A stretch of DNA of 64,000 bases, from NCBI RefSeq assembly GCF_022539665.2, contig NC_081331.1, positions 10,044,001 to 10,108,000 of the forward strand. Direction: 5' to 3'. Both the position numbers and the translations under genes were made by a program. The stretch's first letter is position 1; every line of letters begins with the position of its first letter. This DNA is from Daphnia carinata. Lineage: Eukaryota. This document shows positions 1 through 13,353 of the stretch, piece by piece. The notes under the pieces were generated by a model. The model had not been told where the DNA came from. It saw nothing but the letters and a program-made list of their open reading frames with translations, and ran no database searches.

Positions 1-641
1 ACTACTAGCAGACCGTTCAAACTACGACCGGATTCATCTGTTGCCCCAGTTGAGCAAGATAGGTGGCATTCATTAGCTTTGACCAATAAGGAAGAGGAAA
101 ATTCGTTGATTGAGCCAAAAAAGCCATCAGGAGTAGTAGGATATTCCATATCGTTGCCGGAGAAGGAGGAGGATTATCGGCATCACGAAGTCATTTCCAG
201 CAAGGGAAACAAGATTTCACTTATCACAGGAGCACTGAATCGTAACAAGCAAACCCAAAATCCTGTGAAGGCAGTACAAAACAACCAACACAAAGCTAAT
301 AGCGCTAATCTTCCACCTGAGGTTTCGGTACGGTTGAATAGTGGAACACCTGTGTATGATTTAAAACATTTCGTGTTAAGTATTTAAAATTCTATATTTA
401 GGTATCGAGTCACGTAATAGGATTGCGAATCAAACCCAAATCACTTGGAGGAACCGCTTTTATCGAACACGTACAAGGGACGGCTTTGGAAACCGACGGA
501 GAAAATGTTAACCTGAGCGATTTAATAATGAAACATGATCTTCCCCAACGTCCAGCTCGATTTTTGCCGCACAGACAACGCAGCTTCGTTACGTTTGATG
601 AAAAATCAGGATGGCGGCCGGTACGCTTTCCTAACGCTTAA
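1..641 (+). CDS. 3' end of a spliced gene of unknown function (partial; exons ~1-327 and 402-641)
   Basis: Frame open from base 1 through ORF 79..387. A probable GT-AG intron at 328-401 joins it in frame to VSSHVIGLRIKPK...RFPNA* (stop 641). No family recognised. Confidence 0.55.
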
Positions 642-1538
642 GTATCACACGGTGAAATGAATCATTTTGAATTTTCTTTTTAAACGATGCGATAATTTTA
701 TATGGACTGTACGTGGTTTTATTCGTTTACTATGTCTACCTGCCGGTCCGCAAATATACACTTGGTCGAAAACCAACAATATAAAGTGGTATTGCTATTC
801 ATTCTGAGTTCAATTTCTCATTTACGGTTTTCGCTATTGCCATTCTATTGTTATGTAGTCGTTGGGGGGTCTGGGATATAATAGGTGCAATGTACAGTAT
901 TTAGAATACGGTACTCATTCGAAGTATAATGCATCAAAAAAAAATTACAACTATTCGGAAATGAAACATCTGTAACGATGCCATAAAAAGATGGAAGGGT
1001 TTAAGGGTGGGGAGAGAGCCAAACAGAGGGCCGAGATAGTCCTATTGGGATGTAGCAGTGTTAGGAATAATGTTTCTAATATTTGTTGCGATTGTAAGTG
1101 GCACTGGACTTTCCTATGTAGTGTTCCTCGAGATTTGGTAGTACTTTGTAACAGGTAAAAGTGTGTTTCCATTTCTAAAATTGGGCCAGAAAGACCACCA
1201 GAGACTAATACGAGGCTGTTTGTTCTCAACACCTAATGTTGCGTGACAACGGCGATTTCAACGAGGCCGTAGAAATCGGCATTAACATATAAACAGGCCG
1301 ACAATAGCATCCCTCCGGTTACGATTGCTTTTGCAATATGCTTTTTCCGATCTACTTAACACGTCTATAGTAAGCATATTATATATAGAGACTAGGCCGG
1401 ATTGAACAGCAGCTCAAAAAACACGTGAATAACCGTTTTTCCTTTTCTGATATGTGTAAACAGCACAATAATGGAATTACACAGAAACACTGAAGCATTC
1501 TGACAAACTTTACATACAACAATACAAGTTAATTTATT

Positions 1539-3899
1539 CTACCAAAATCGGGGAGAAAGTTGCCCGGCAGGCGGTGCAATGCCTCCTTTTGTGATAGATT
1601 CATGTAGAAATTCTTCAAGTCGAGTAACTGGACCTCCTCCTGAACCTTTGGGGGTAACGTTTCGGATCATGGTAAAATATTCGGTACAGATCAGGTGAAG
1701 CATTTTCTGGAACTGTTTTCCGTATTCTTTTGACATTGCAGAACCAGCTACAGTTAAGAATTCGACCAAAATAGCGGATGTAATATCGTTGCGCGGTGAT
1801 AAATTGAGGAGAGCGGCTAGGTATCTCCAGGCATGTTCTAACCCATGAGGATGAGGTTGATTGCGTCTTGGTAAACTAATTAGAACGGCCGCATACAGAC
1901 GTACAACCCCCGACATTCTTTTCAGATACGTCGGTTGTTGCTCCACTTTTCCACCACTGTACCTGTATCCTAAAGACTTATAGTAGTCTTCATTGCTTTG
2001 GCCCTCTTGCTGGGGTAAATAATATGGGACAAGATATGGACATTGGCGATAAAAATGGGCAAGTACCAAGCGACCAAAAACAGGAAATTCTAACCAAAGT
2101 TCGGTAATTATGGCAGCAATTGGAAAAGCTGCCTTTGGATTAACGTTCACTTGATCCTCTCCTTGAGCTACCATTCTTCTCGCCAGCAAGTTAGTGCAAT
2201 ATTCTAATCCTCCAGGATGCTCGGTAGCCCTTACCATTCTTGACCCGACATGCACAGCGTTACCTTGCAAGAGGCTTCTGAGTCTGTCGAGCTTATCCTG
2301 AAGGTGCTGCCCAGACTGGTCTGATATTTCGTTGACAGGATGAAGGACGGCTTTCTGTAATTCGAATCTCAATGTCTTCAGTGATGAATCACTGGAAAAG
2401 GCAGCAGTGTTGGCTTCATACTGACGAAGTTCCGCTTGCAGTTGTGAATACACTAACAAATCTTCCCTTCTAACGAAATCAAGGTCCTGATGTCCTCCGT
2501 TCGAGTCACAGGTCTTCTTCTCAAGGCGACCAAGTTGATCATTTCGCTGTTCTTGCTTTACCGCAGAAGAGGTAACTGGCATTACTGCTGACGAAGGTAA
2601 GGCGGGCTCTGGCTGTTGACGCTTAGACGAAGCATTTTTCTCTTGAACAATGGCATTATTTCTCGCAATATCGTCTCTGATGACTTCAACAAGATCTTCG
2701 ACCTGCTTAAGGATGTCTTCACTGCGTATCGCGCTGTTGAGGGGATCTTCATCGTTTACATTGTTTACAACAACCTGAAACTGAGCTTTTAAAGCTAAAA
2801 CGGAATTTTAGTTAAGGAAACCACGAGGAAGATCAAATAACGAACCAGCTACGCGGTCGACTTTCATTTGAACAGTCGGAAGAAAAGAATCCCTTTCCTG
2901 GCATGAGGTTATGGACTCGCTAAGAAATTTCAGAAGCGATTCCAATTTACTAGAGCTTATTTCTTTCCTAAAAAAACAACAGAAAAGCATAAATAAAAAT
3001 GCATACTTGTGTAGATACAAACTACATTCAGAACTAAATATGGTACACCAGCAAATACAATAAATAAAGTAAATGCATCGAGAGTACCGTCGTTTTGCTT
3101 CCGCTCTATGCAACTCTAACGTCTTCTTCTTCAAACCTTCCTGCAACTCTTTTTCCTGAATCGACTTTATTTCTTTTAGTTTTTGATCAAGTTGATCTTC
3201 TTTCTGTCGAAATCGCTGTTTTGCTTCATCTTGAAGGCGCTGGATGGTCCTTTCAACATCTACCTGAGACTCTCTTTTTGGCACGAGTCTTTCTTCAAGT
3301 TCTTGCTTCTTCCTAAGACATTCCTCTTCATCACTTTTCCTAGAAACTTCTTTGAAATCTTCTATTTTTTTCATGAAGCTGGTTGCTGTTGACTAAAAAT
3401 CAAACAAATAAATGAACTCAGATATCAACTGGAATCTCAGCAAACTTACCAAACGCTGTTGTTCTCTTAGCTCAAACAACCGCATAATCATATGATTGCT
3501 CAAGTTATAGACTGGTGTTGTTTCCTCTAGCTGATTAGTATTGCGCATCATTAAGAGTTCTTGTTGCCATTTAAACTGGTTGATGCTTTTTTCAGTATGC
3601 TGTACCGGAGTATCCATTAACAAGCTAGGTCTGTTATTCAAACCAGGATTTGGATGGTGCACAGAATACTGATGCTGAAAGTATTGACTATTAATAGACT
3701 TTTCTGGTGATGGAGCAGGGTTTTGGTCAAATATGTTCTCTGACAAAAGGACACCGGATTTACTATTTGATGTTGATTGTTTGATGGGTTCCAAAGGATC
3801 ACGGTCATATACTATTTGGCCCTTAGGTGTTCTACTTAATGAAGTCATAGTTTCCTTTAAAGGAGATTTTGCCATTTCGTGCCCATTATTTTCACTCAT
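1539..3899 (-). CDS. GLE1: mRNA export factor / nucleoporin GLE1 (4 exons)
   Basis: C-terminal GLE1 domain motifs: AFPIAAII..LW..FP.FG.LVLAHFY..CPYLVP, YLKRMSGVVRLYAA, HPHGLEHAWRYLA.LLN, YGKQFQKML.LI. Coiled-coil middle in ORF 2808..3374. GT-AG introns near 3393-3449, 2969-3088 and ~2795-2852. Confidence 0.92.
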
Positions 3900-4404
3900 T
3901 TTTGAACAAGTTTCACTTACAACGATAAACCTTAAAAAATGTAAAATAACTTGTTAACCTGCTCGCCTTTGACAACTTCCTTTCAGATAACCCAGTACAC
4001 AGCATTCACTACAGTAAACAAAAAAGTTTAAAAAATCATTGTCGTCTGTTTCTAACGTTGCCTGATATTTTTTTTGTTTTCTTATACAAGTTTGGCCAAT
4101 TTGGCTATTAAATTTGAAAAGAAAAACAGACAGAAATAAATTTTTTAAAATAACAATATTCTCCGCCATTTTTTAACAAATAGCACATGTTATCTATATC
4201 GATTGAACAGATTAGTCGCTAAAGCACAGAACCAAATTTGACATGAAATCTTTAAATGTTTTATAACAGGTTGGTAGATGGTAGCACAATCGCAAGCTTG
4301 CAAGTTGGAACAGGTCTATGCACATAGTAGCCATGAAGAGGGATGTTAGTTTTATTTTTTTCTAATTGGCGATTGCGGTATATTCTTCTGACTGCGAAGA
4401 GATA

Positions 4405-4821
4405 ATGACGTTTCAACCTCCAGTTACCCGTCAAGGTATTCTTTTGTCTTAAAATGGCGTGTGATCCGAAAAGTCATAACTTCTTCTAAACATATTCAAG
4501 ATCAAAGTCGTAAAGTACTTGAGGAAGTCCAGCTGCAAAAAAAAATTTTGTTAAAACAGGGTGCTGCAGTTACCCTGAATCCCACACCAGCCTCTACTGC
4601 TATACCTGTGAGTTAAATTTTCCCAACACACTTTCAGTATGTTAACTGTTTGTTATACACTTTGGCAGAGTACATCTGATTCACTGAATCCAGCAATACG
4701 CCATGCTTTAACTCATGCTCACACTTCTTCCTTTGGATATTTTGTGGCCCAAGACTCTTCATTTGGAAATTTCATCTTACCAGTAATACCCAGGCTTGAA
4801 AAAATTGAACCAACCAAATAA
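4405..4821 (+). CDS. INIP: SOSS complex subunit C (INIP/C9orf80 homolog); exons 4405-4435, 4501-4607, 4669-4821, 96 aa
   Basis: Manual splice gives MTFQPPVTRQDQSRKVLEEVQLQKKILLKQ...ALTHAHTSSFGYFVAQDSSFGNFILPVIPRLE. This matches the SOSS-C signature AL.HAH..S.GYFI.QDS.FGN.ILPV.PRL. Confidence 0.88.
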
Positions 4822-4826
4822 GTACC

Positions 4827-5477
4827 ATGGCTAAATTAATGAAGAGAAAAGAGCTTGAGCAGCATCTACAAGATCTAGATGGATTTTCAAAGCCAAAAAT
4901 CCTTCTTGAGCAATATGAAACAAGAGCTCATATAGCTGCTTGTATGCTTCACACTATTGAAAGTGCCTATGGAGATTTGTGCCAGAAAACTGTTCTAGAT
5001 CTAGGATGTGGGTGCAGTGTCTTGGGAGTTGGATCAGTGTTACTAGGAGCATCCTATGTTTTAGGGGTGGATATTGATGAAGAGGCATTGCAAATCTCAA
5101 ATTCAAACATAAATCAGTTTGAGTTAAATGAAGTTGATTTGCTACATGCAGATGTGAAAATTTTACCTCTGATTTTGGGAGACAACAAAAAATTTGATAC
5201 TGTTGTCATGAATCCCCCTTTTGGAACAAAGCATAACAAGGGATTAGATTCATTGTTTTTAGAAATTGGACTTCAGTGTTTGAGTGACAAAGGAGTATTG
5301 TATTCCTTACACAAATCGTCGACACGCGACTATTTTCACCGGAAAGCGCCTAGTTGGAAAGTGGATGCCCGCGTTTTGGCAGAACTGCGATACGATTTAC
5401 CAGCTACGTATAAATTCCATAACAAGACTTCTGTTGACATTGAAGTTGACTTTTGGAGATTTGAAAAGAAAAATTAA
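4827..5477 (+). CDS. METTL5: 18S rRNA m6A methyltransferase METTL5 (intronless)
   Basis: N-terminus LE..LQ.LDGFSKPKILLEQYET..HIAACML, SAM motif VLDLGCG, catalytic MNPPFGTK, C-terminal LAELRYDLPATYKFH...SVDIEVDFWRF. Confidence 0.95.
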   Translation: MAKLMKRKELEQHLQDLDGFSKPKILLEQYETRAHIAACMLHTIESAYGDLCQKTVLDLGCGCSVLGVGSVLLGASYVLGVDIDEEALQISNSNINQFELNEVDLLHADVKILPLILGDNKKFDTVVMNPPFGTKHNKGLDSLFLEIGLQCLSDKGVLYSLHKSSTRDYFHRKAPSWKVDARVLAELRYDLPATYKFHNKTSVDIEVDFWRFEKKN

Positions 5478-5526
5478 GTGTATTCCAGCTCACACACACA
5501 CAAATAATAATAATAAATGACGGCAA

Positions 5527-7354
5527 TCACATTCGATTTTTTATCTTCTTTAGCATGTTGTTCTGTTCTAGGGCTGCTTTTCTTTTGCGCTAAACATAAA
5601 AAACACATAGATTTCCTCATATTTTAATCATATTTTGTTTAAAGTTACCATAGGTGTGGCAGCGGAGCCAACAATGTCGATGACTTCAGACAAAGTTTTC
5701 GGTCGGGTCGGAATCTCTTCAGGCTGAATCGTTGGGTCATTATTAGAAAGCAAGGAGGGTGGAATCTCCAAGGTTTTTCCAGGTGCTAAAGCCTCATACT
5801 GATGTCTTAGAGCTTGCAATTCGTATTCACATGTCGAGAGACCCAGTTTCAATTCGTATAGAAGGACCAAGTCACTACGAAGTTCGTTGAAGTTTTGGCA
5901 TATATCCTCGGTAGGCATTGGGTTCAATTCTACGCTCAATAAAATAGTAACATGCGAATAAGATGAAAACGTATTTTCTTACCCAATCCAAGTTCTGTCA
6001 ACATTTGTTCGATCGCTTTTGATTTTTTCTGGCCAACACTAGGAGGTAATTTCATCCGTTGTGAGCGCAGAAACACACCACTGGCTTTAAACTCCGGGAA
6101 TTTAATTCCAGTATTAGGAGTCTCCACAGAAGGCTACTCTCCGTCAAGTTTTACGATTACCATGGAAAGAAAGAAAGATGAGCTTATGCACGTTGTAGAA
6201 AGAGAAAATTGATCAATTACCAGAAGCTCAAGTTTGGCTTTTGGCGTAACAAAAGGGGTATTTTTCTTTCTGATCTGTTGTTTTTTGTCAGGAGGGGTTC
6301 CTCGATGTGTTGAAGGGGAATGATCTGTCGCAGCACCCGTGACAGAGCCTCCACTGTCTGCAGCAGTGATAAGTTTTTGAAGATCCTGTGTTTTTCTTTC
6401 TCGATCCTTTTTTCGGGCTTCAATCTTTCTTAGCTCTTGAAGTAAGTTAGCTTCCTCTTCGACTTGCTCCGATGTCCGTTCAAATAGTCTTTTCAATTGT
6501 TCCTTCCGACGCTTTTCATTATCGGCATCATAAGCAATATTCTTAGGTTCGGGACCTGTAGTATGCCGAGCCTTCAGAACATAAAATTTGCATTACTAAA
6601 TGACAATGTTAAACAGAAAGGACCCATACTTTGTTTAATATATTGCAGATATCATAATATCTTTCTTTCAATTCTTCAATTGATCTTTTTGAATAACGAA
6701 CACTGTCCCAGCGGTCTTGGATAACCGTGAAACGTAAATCGAATTGCCGACAGAGATCGAACAAATGATCTGTTTCTTGCCTTGTCCAATTATCTAGCTG
6801 GAGTAAATGATACTCTTGATCCGTGTAAGAACAGACATGAACTTGCTAAAAATAAAATATTGTTGAGCTCTGAATTGATTTTGAACAATACAAGCCAACC
6901 TTATTAAATTTGGCAAAAGGATATTCTTTTCCTTCATCTGCTGCTCTACGCCAATGATGAAAAATTGCTCCATCCTTCCTGGCTGGATTGGTAAATGGCA
7001 TCCATTTCCATGGTCTCACTTTACGAACTCCTAATTGAGCCTTTGTTTGCTTGTAACCTTTACCTGTGCAAAACATTTATTATAATTAAGCTCCAGTAAA
7101 TTTTTTCTCTTAAAACTGATAATCACCAATACAAATAAAATTTTACCTGTATCAGTGGGGAATAGCGGTGCAGAATCTTTACTGTCATTGACTAAGAGAT
7201 TGAAAAGCTCTCGTGCCATTCCCTCCGGTTTGCGTAAAACTTCATTTTTGGGTTTGTATTTCGGTTTCGGCTTTTGAGTTCCCATAATACTTTCTTTCGT
7301 CACCTCTGGTGTTCCCGGTCTCCCCAACTCCAGAATATCCAAAACATCGGCCAT
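5527..7354 (-). CDS. DMAP1: DNA methyltransferase 1-associated protein 1 (NuA4/SWR1 subunit, SWC4 homolog), multi-exon
   Basis: MADVLDILEL, KPEGMARELFNLL, VRPWKWMPFTNPARKDGAIFHHWRR..DEGKEYPFAKFNK, SANT region, LRSQRMKLP.SVGQKK.KAIEQML.EL, FNELRSDLVLLYELK. Last exon RKRKAALEQ...RM* with stop at 5527-5529. Confidence 0.93.
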
Positions 7355-8046
7355 TTCTTCTCCTTTTTTTCAGTATCAACTTTATCGTACTACGACTAGC
7401 AATACTGACATAAACACGCAAATTAACTTTCAATAAATGAAATGCTAGAAAGAAAGGTATCACAGCTACAAACTCTAAGAAAGTCCAAAAAGCTTTTACA
7501 ATACAGGTGATACAGCCGACAAACAATAATCATTCAATACGCCATGCGAAAACCGACAGTGCTGTCAAGTCATGAAATCAACTTCTAAATATGTCTTGGT
7601 TCTTGAATAACTAGTCTGGAATAACACATAAATAACCCCATGAAAATATGAAAAATGCACGAATGAGATGAGTTGGTCAGAAAATCTTCAATAGAGGTTA
7701 AATTCAGTTTTCCTTCATGAATTAAATTATATCAAATGAGATGACAGACGTTGTTTTCTGTGCTTCAATTCTAACAAAACAGACGAAACACAGCACCCAA
7801 CACAGCAAAAAGAGAAGCAGGGAATACAAAAGACAATGGGAAACAACAGAATCCCTTAAACCATAGTCTGGCAATGCTGTTGGAAGTCTAGTAACAAGAA
7901 GAACGTGGTTGAAAATTGGTTCTTTCCTAAAGTTAAAAAGTTTGTTTAATAAAATTAGTTGTGATTTCAAGTAGACACTACTGTCTGAAGGTGAGTTGTT
8001 TAACGTTCAACAAGGATACTAACTTTTATATTTCAACTCCTACAAA

Positions 8047-8054
8047 TATCGATA
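8047..8054. promoter_or_regulatory. DRE-like element TATCGATA between the divergent DMAP1 and DCAF1 starts
   Basis: Exact palindromic TATCGATA ~130 bp upstream of the DCAF1 ATG. DRE/DREF is typical of arthropod housekeeping promoters; function here is inferred. Confidence 0.4.
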
Positions 8055-8184
8055 GAAATTGTTTGACTGTGGTTGTGAGTTTGCGGTTGGTTTCGAACGA
8101 ACATTTTCATTCCTGATTTCAGAATACTTATGATTATAGCCTACTTAAAGTTGCTTAACGTAATCTACTTATTAGAAAATCAGA

Positions 8185-11100
8185 ATGGCTAACGACACCG
8201 TCAATCTGACTGAAATGTCAGATGTCAGTGCTATTTTGAGGTTATTTGAGGAACACCACATAGCACCCACATTTGATCCTGTTCCATACCTGTCCAGGTA
8301 TGTTGTTTGTTTATTTGAAAATGTTATCGTTACTTCATTTAATATCTCTCATTGCGTTTTTTTTTTACATCTATGGTATCAGACTGGCTGACCTTTTGGA
8401 GATAGAAACAGAAAACTACCTGAAAATGGATCCAGATCCTTTTGATGACCGTAACCCTTCTAGAAATCCGAATTGCAGTTTTGGACACATGCTGAAAGTC
8501 ATATTCAAGAAGGAAGTTTTTATGCAAAAAGTATTGTCGTCACCTTTGCTAATCTTAAATAGAATTTTAATGAAAAATCTTTTTGTTGGAACAGTTAGTT
8601 GGAGACTATTTACGTGACACTTACTGGACAAGGTTAGGCATTTCAACCAGAGACTCCCGTGAACTAAATACTGCTGCAGCGCGTCTTGTGCTAGATTTAA
8701 TGCCAGGATTAGAAGTGTCTGTTGTGTTCCAAGACACTGAAGGGCTGATCAACAGACTTTTCAGTTGGGCAGAAAAGGGTCCTGAACCACTTCAAAGCTA
8801 TGCTACAGGATTATTAGCTGCTGCCATGGAGTTACAAGACTTGGCAGCAAATTTTCGCGAGTTAAATGCTCATTTAGCACCACTTATGTTGAAAAGGTTG
8901 TGGGAAATCCAAACAAAATGTCTCGAAGAGAGGAAAAAAGATGATCTTCCAAACGTGAAAAGGTGTTCGAAATTCTTGTGCGACCAACCAAGTACCTCGA
9001 GCAAAATTATTAAAAGTACAGGCACGAAAGGCAAAGCAACTTCTAGTTCAAAAATCCTGAAGGACGAAGATGCTGAACTCATGCCTGGGCCAGCCACTGA
9101 TGATTTGGCCAGTGATAAAGGGAAACTACAAAAGAGTAATAAAGGAAAGAAATTTCAGGGAAGGATAAAAGCAGCCAAAGAGAGAAAGAATGGAAATGCC
9201 TCTTTAAATGGATCTGCATTGAATGACTCTAGTAACTCTTCGTGGGCTGAAATGGAATCGTATGTCATAGGTAAAAAAAAACTTCATCCAGTCAATTTTT
9301 TTTCATGCATGTATTGTATGTTATCGCATATGATACCATGACTAGGTTCAATACGTTTTCTTTCTATAAAGGAACATACCAAATGCATCCATTGACAGAT
9401 TCAACTCGGCAAATTTTGATTTTGCGGTATTTAACACCCATGGGCGAATATCAAGAGTTACTAGTCCACATGTTCGAGCAAAACGCCCTCAAGCTAATTC
9501 TCAACTATATCAACTTTAGCGCGACGCGAGATTCACGTTTGTCGTTCGAAGCCCTGAAATATCTCGGAGCTTTGCTCTGTCACAAAAAATTTGCCATTGA
9601 ATTTATTCATCATCAAGGACTACATCGCTTGCTTGAAATTCCACGGCCAAGTATTGCCGCCACAGGAGTAGCCATGTGCCTCTACTACATTGCGTATTGT
9701 GAGGATGCCATGGAAAGAGTGTGTCTCTTACCAGATCACGTTATTCAAGATCTTGTCCGTTACGCCCTTTGGCTCCTAGAGTGTTCTCACGAATCAGGAC
9801 GATGTCATGCCACCATGTTTTTTGGAACATCGTTTCAGTTTCGCATCATTCTGGAGCAGTTTGATGCCCAAGACGGACTTCGCCGGCTGTACAACATGAT
9901 AAGCACGTTGTCTATACTTTCAATGGAAGATGCCAACGATTTGTTGGATGACGATGAATCTCACGCCGCTCGCCAAACCGTCCGGCACGTGTGTTCAGCA
10001 TTGAAGCGATACTTCGAAATCCATCTTGCTCTAAAAGTTGAACACCTTCAACGCATCAGGGTTCGTGAAATGGGGGGCTCTCCCCATCCGTCGACGCCGC
10101 CATACAAAGCAATTAAACTGAACCCGGATCAAATTATTGACTTGATAACAACGGCGCAAGAACTGCTTCCGTTTCGTGCTAGTTGGTCGCCCGTTAATGA
10201 ATTTGTTAGCCTTGGTGGTATCCCTCTGCTTCTACAAGTTATCGCCATATCTTATCTATGGAATTTCACGGGCCGGGCAGAAACTGTTCGTAGCGCATTG
10301 GTAAATAATAATATATTTTTAAAAAGTTGCAGTACACATAGTTGACAATGAAACTTTTAATTAATATTTCGCAGGACGTTTTAGCGGTTTGTTCAGTCTC
10401 GTTCAGAGTTCAGATGCTATTTTGTGAGCATATTCAAATACCTGATGACGCCAACGCTGTAGGCATTAATATTCTGCTTGGGGCAGCCGAAGGAGATATA
10501 GTGGCTGATCCAGAAGTCCAGCGCGCCGCCCTTTGCGTGCTTATTCATTGCGTCTGCGCACCTGTTCATCGGGTTGGGGGTTCTGTTGGCAGATTCAATG
10601 GTAGCGCTAAAAGGCGCAGTGTGGTAACGTACTCCCTTATTCATATCAAAGGCATTCGATATTTATGGTATTTTTACTTCGTCTAGGCTAGCCGAACGAG
10701 CGAGGAAGTTCTCAACCAAGTTTGGGAATGTGTACGATCCCATAACGGAATTATGGTGTTAATGGATCTTTTGTCTGTTAAAACACCCATAACGGATGCC
10801 GATTCTATCCGCGCGCTAGCATGTAAGGCCTTACTAGGTCTCGCGCGTAGTGAAAATGCCCGACAGATCATGGGTAAACTACCTTTATTCACCAGCGGCC
10901 AGTTACAGGTAAATTACGTTAGTGAATGTTTTTCGAGTTGTGACTGATCATTTACCAAATACAGGTTCTTATGAGGGAACCAGTGTTGCAAGATAAACGT
11001 CAGGAGCACGTAAAGTTTCAAAAGTATGGACTTGAATTATTGGAACAAGTTTCCGGTCGAATCAAGTCCAATGTTAACGAGTTTGAATTGTCCTTAGCGA

Positions 11101-13230
11101 AGATACACAAGGCGGACGTGGTACAAGAATATTTCAAATATTGTATTGTTCTTTTTATGAGACTGACGTGTCGTATTAGGTGGCTCAAACGCGAATCCAA
11201 TTTAATGAAAAGCAGTTGCTTCAACTAATCCATCAGCATCTACTAAGCAAAAATATGGTTGAATCGGCCTCGATATTAATAAAGGAAGCTGGACTCCCTC
11301 CCCTTCCCATAAAACAAGCCAGTTCTAACTTTCCACCCTACCGCGCTACAGGAAGCACCCCAGCTACACCTAGTAGATCAGGTCGTGTTAATTCGCAAGG
11401 GGCTGTGACTCTCCCAACAACTCCTGTTGCAGTTCCATCGACTTCAACCCCTACCCAACAAGCCGGAATGATTAAAGTGAATTTGGCCAGCAGGTAAAGC
11501 AGCATTTATTATGACAATGTATCAATGCTATTTATATTCCCAGCCTTCTTTTAACAGTCGACGGTTGCGGCCAGGAATGCCATCTCCTAGCACACAGCAA
11601 GGTAGCAGTACGCAGCACAGAGCTCTACAAAAGGTCACAAACTGGGATTCTCCTACAACGATGAATAAATCGATTAGTGGAGCCAATGGTGGAAATGCTG
11701 AAACTTCTCGTGGCGTTTCGTTAGATGCCATTGTCACCGAGTACTTGATGAATCAACATGCCCTCTGCAAGACGCCTATGGTGACGTGTCCACAATTCGA
11801 CCTCTTTCAACCACATAAATGTCCAGATGCCAAATCAAAGAACACAGCACCAACAAATTTCGCAGTTAGAGTTCAAAAACGAGCAATTCACCCTCGATTT
11901 GGTGGATTAGACGGAGCAAGAATGGATCGCAAACTGGTTTACTCCCGATTCCGACCTGTTCGGACCTTCCGCAACGACTCCGAGACGTTTACTTGTTGCG
12001 CGTTTTCTCCTTGTGAGCAATTCCTTATGATTGGAAACCAAACAGGCGAGTTGAAGCTGTACAACGTCAACACAGCAGCTGAAGAGGCAACATATCAATG
12101 CCATGAAAACTACCTTTTCAACATTGAGCCAAACTGGACGGGCGATCTTTTGCTGACGTCGGGAATGTACCGCCCGCCTTTCTCTTGTTTGTGGGCTGTC
12201 GGTGATTTTTTCGACATGAAGTACTCCTTCGAAGAAGAAGAGTACGTCGAATTCAGCAAAACTGTACAAGACAAAATTGTTGGTACAAAAGGTGAAACCG
12301 CCACTGTGTATGATGTAGCTACTGGTAAAAAGCTGTTAAGCCTGACGCCAACAACATCCAACAATTATTCGAAGAACCGTGCCACTTTCCATCCCAGCGA
12401 CGAGTTGATTCTTTCCGATGGTGTTCTATGGGACGCTGTGTCAGGTAACTTTTTCTAAAGCAAATCACTTTATCATTATGAATAATAACTGATTTATCAA
12501 CTGCCTTTCAGGAACACAGATTCACAAATTTGATAAGCTGAATCAATCGCTGAGTGGAACTTTCCACCCGAACGGCTTGGAAATTATCTCAAGCTCCGAG
12601 GTTTGGGATATTAGGACCTTCCATTTGCTGCGAACAGTACCAGCACTTGACCAATGCCAAGTCACATTTTCAGCCTCTGGTGACGTGATCTACGCCGTCC
12701 ATTTAGAAGAGGAAAGTAGAGAAGAACCCATGTACGATTCATCCTTCAAGACGTTAGACGCCGGGGACTACTCGTCTATCGCCACGATCGATGTCAAACG
12801 ATGCATCTATGGGTTGTGTTCCAACAAATATGACACTCAGATAGCTGTGGTGGAGAATTCAAGAGAGTTCAATACCCCCAGCGAGTCTATAGTGCGACTC
12901 TATGATGTGGGTAGGCTACGGGATGACGAGGACGTTGGATCCGAAGTGGAGGATGAAGAAGGAGATGACGATGGAGGTGCATCAGAGAATTCCGATGAAG
13001 ATTTGGAAATGTTAGATGAATTGGTCAACGGCGGTGGTGATGAAGATGGCATCGATGTGGAAATTGGTTCTAGCGATTCCTCCGACGGTGAACAGTTTGA
13101 TGACGGTGATTCTGATGATGACGACGATGACACCAATTCATATTTTGGTTCTTCGGATGACTCTGAGTTCGACGAGGAGCTGTTTTCATTGAACGCTGAC
13201 AGTAACAGCAGTGGCAGTAGTTCAACGTGA
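8185..13230 (+). CDS. DCAF1: DDB1- and CUL4-associated factor 1 (VprBP/mahjong), multi-exon
   Basis: DPDPFDDRNPSR..PNCSFGHMLK, YLTPMGEYQELL, LLCHKKFAIEFI, LLECSHESGRCHATMFF, TPITDADSIRALACKAL.GLARS. LisH (LLQLIHQHLLSK), WD40 region, acidic C-terminal tail. Confidence 0.95.
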
Positions 13231-13353
13231 ACAAAAGTCAGTTACGGATTGTAAGCTTCTAATAATACATTGTCTATTGTTTTCAATCACAATTGTATTT
13301 GGCTCCTTAAAATTTGATTTCAGAAGGCTGAATCACAATTCTTTGTTCTAGTT

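Noticed and set aside
951..1270. Possible decayed retroelement fragment (minus-frame YIGKSS...PSFYGI) between the first gene and GLE1
   Set aside because: Several stops and only very short motif resemblance; cannot be supported without a search.
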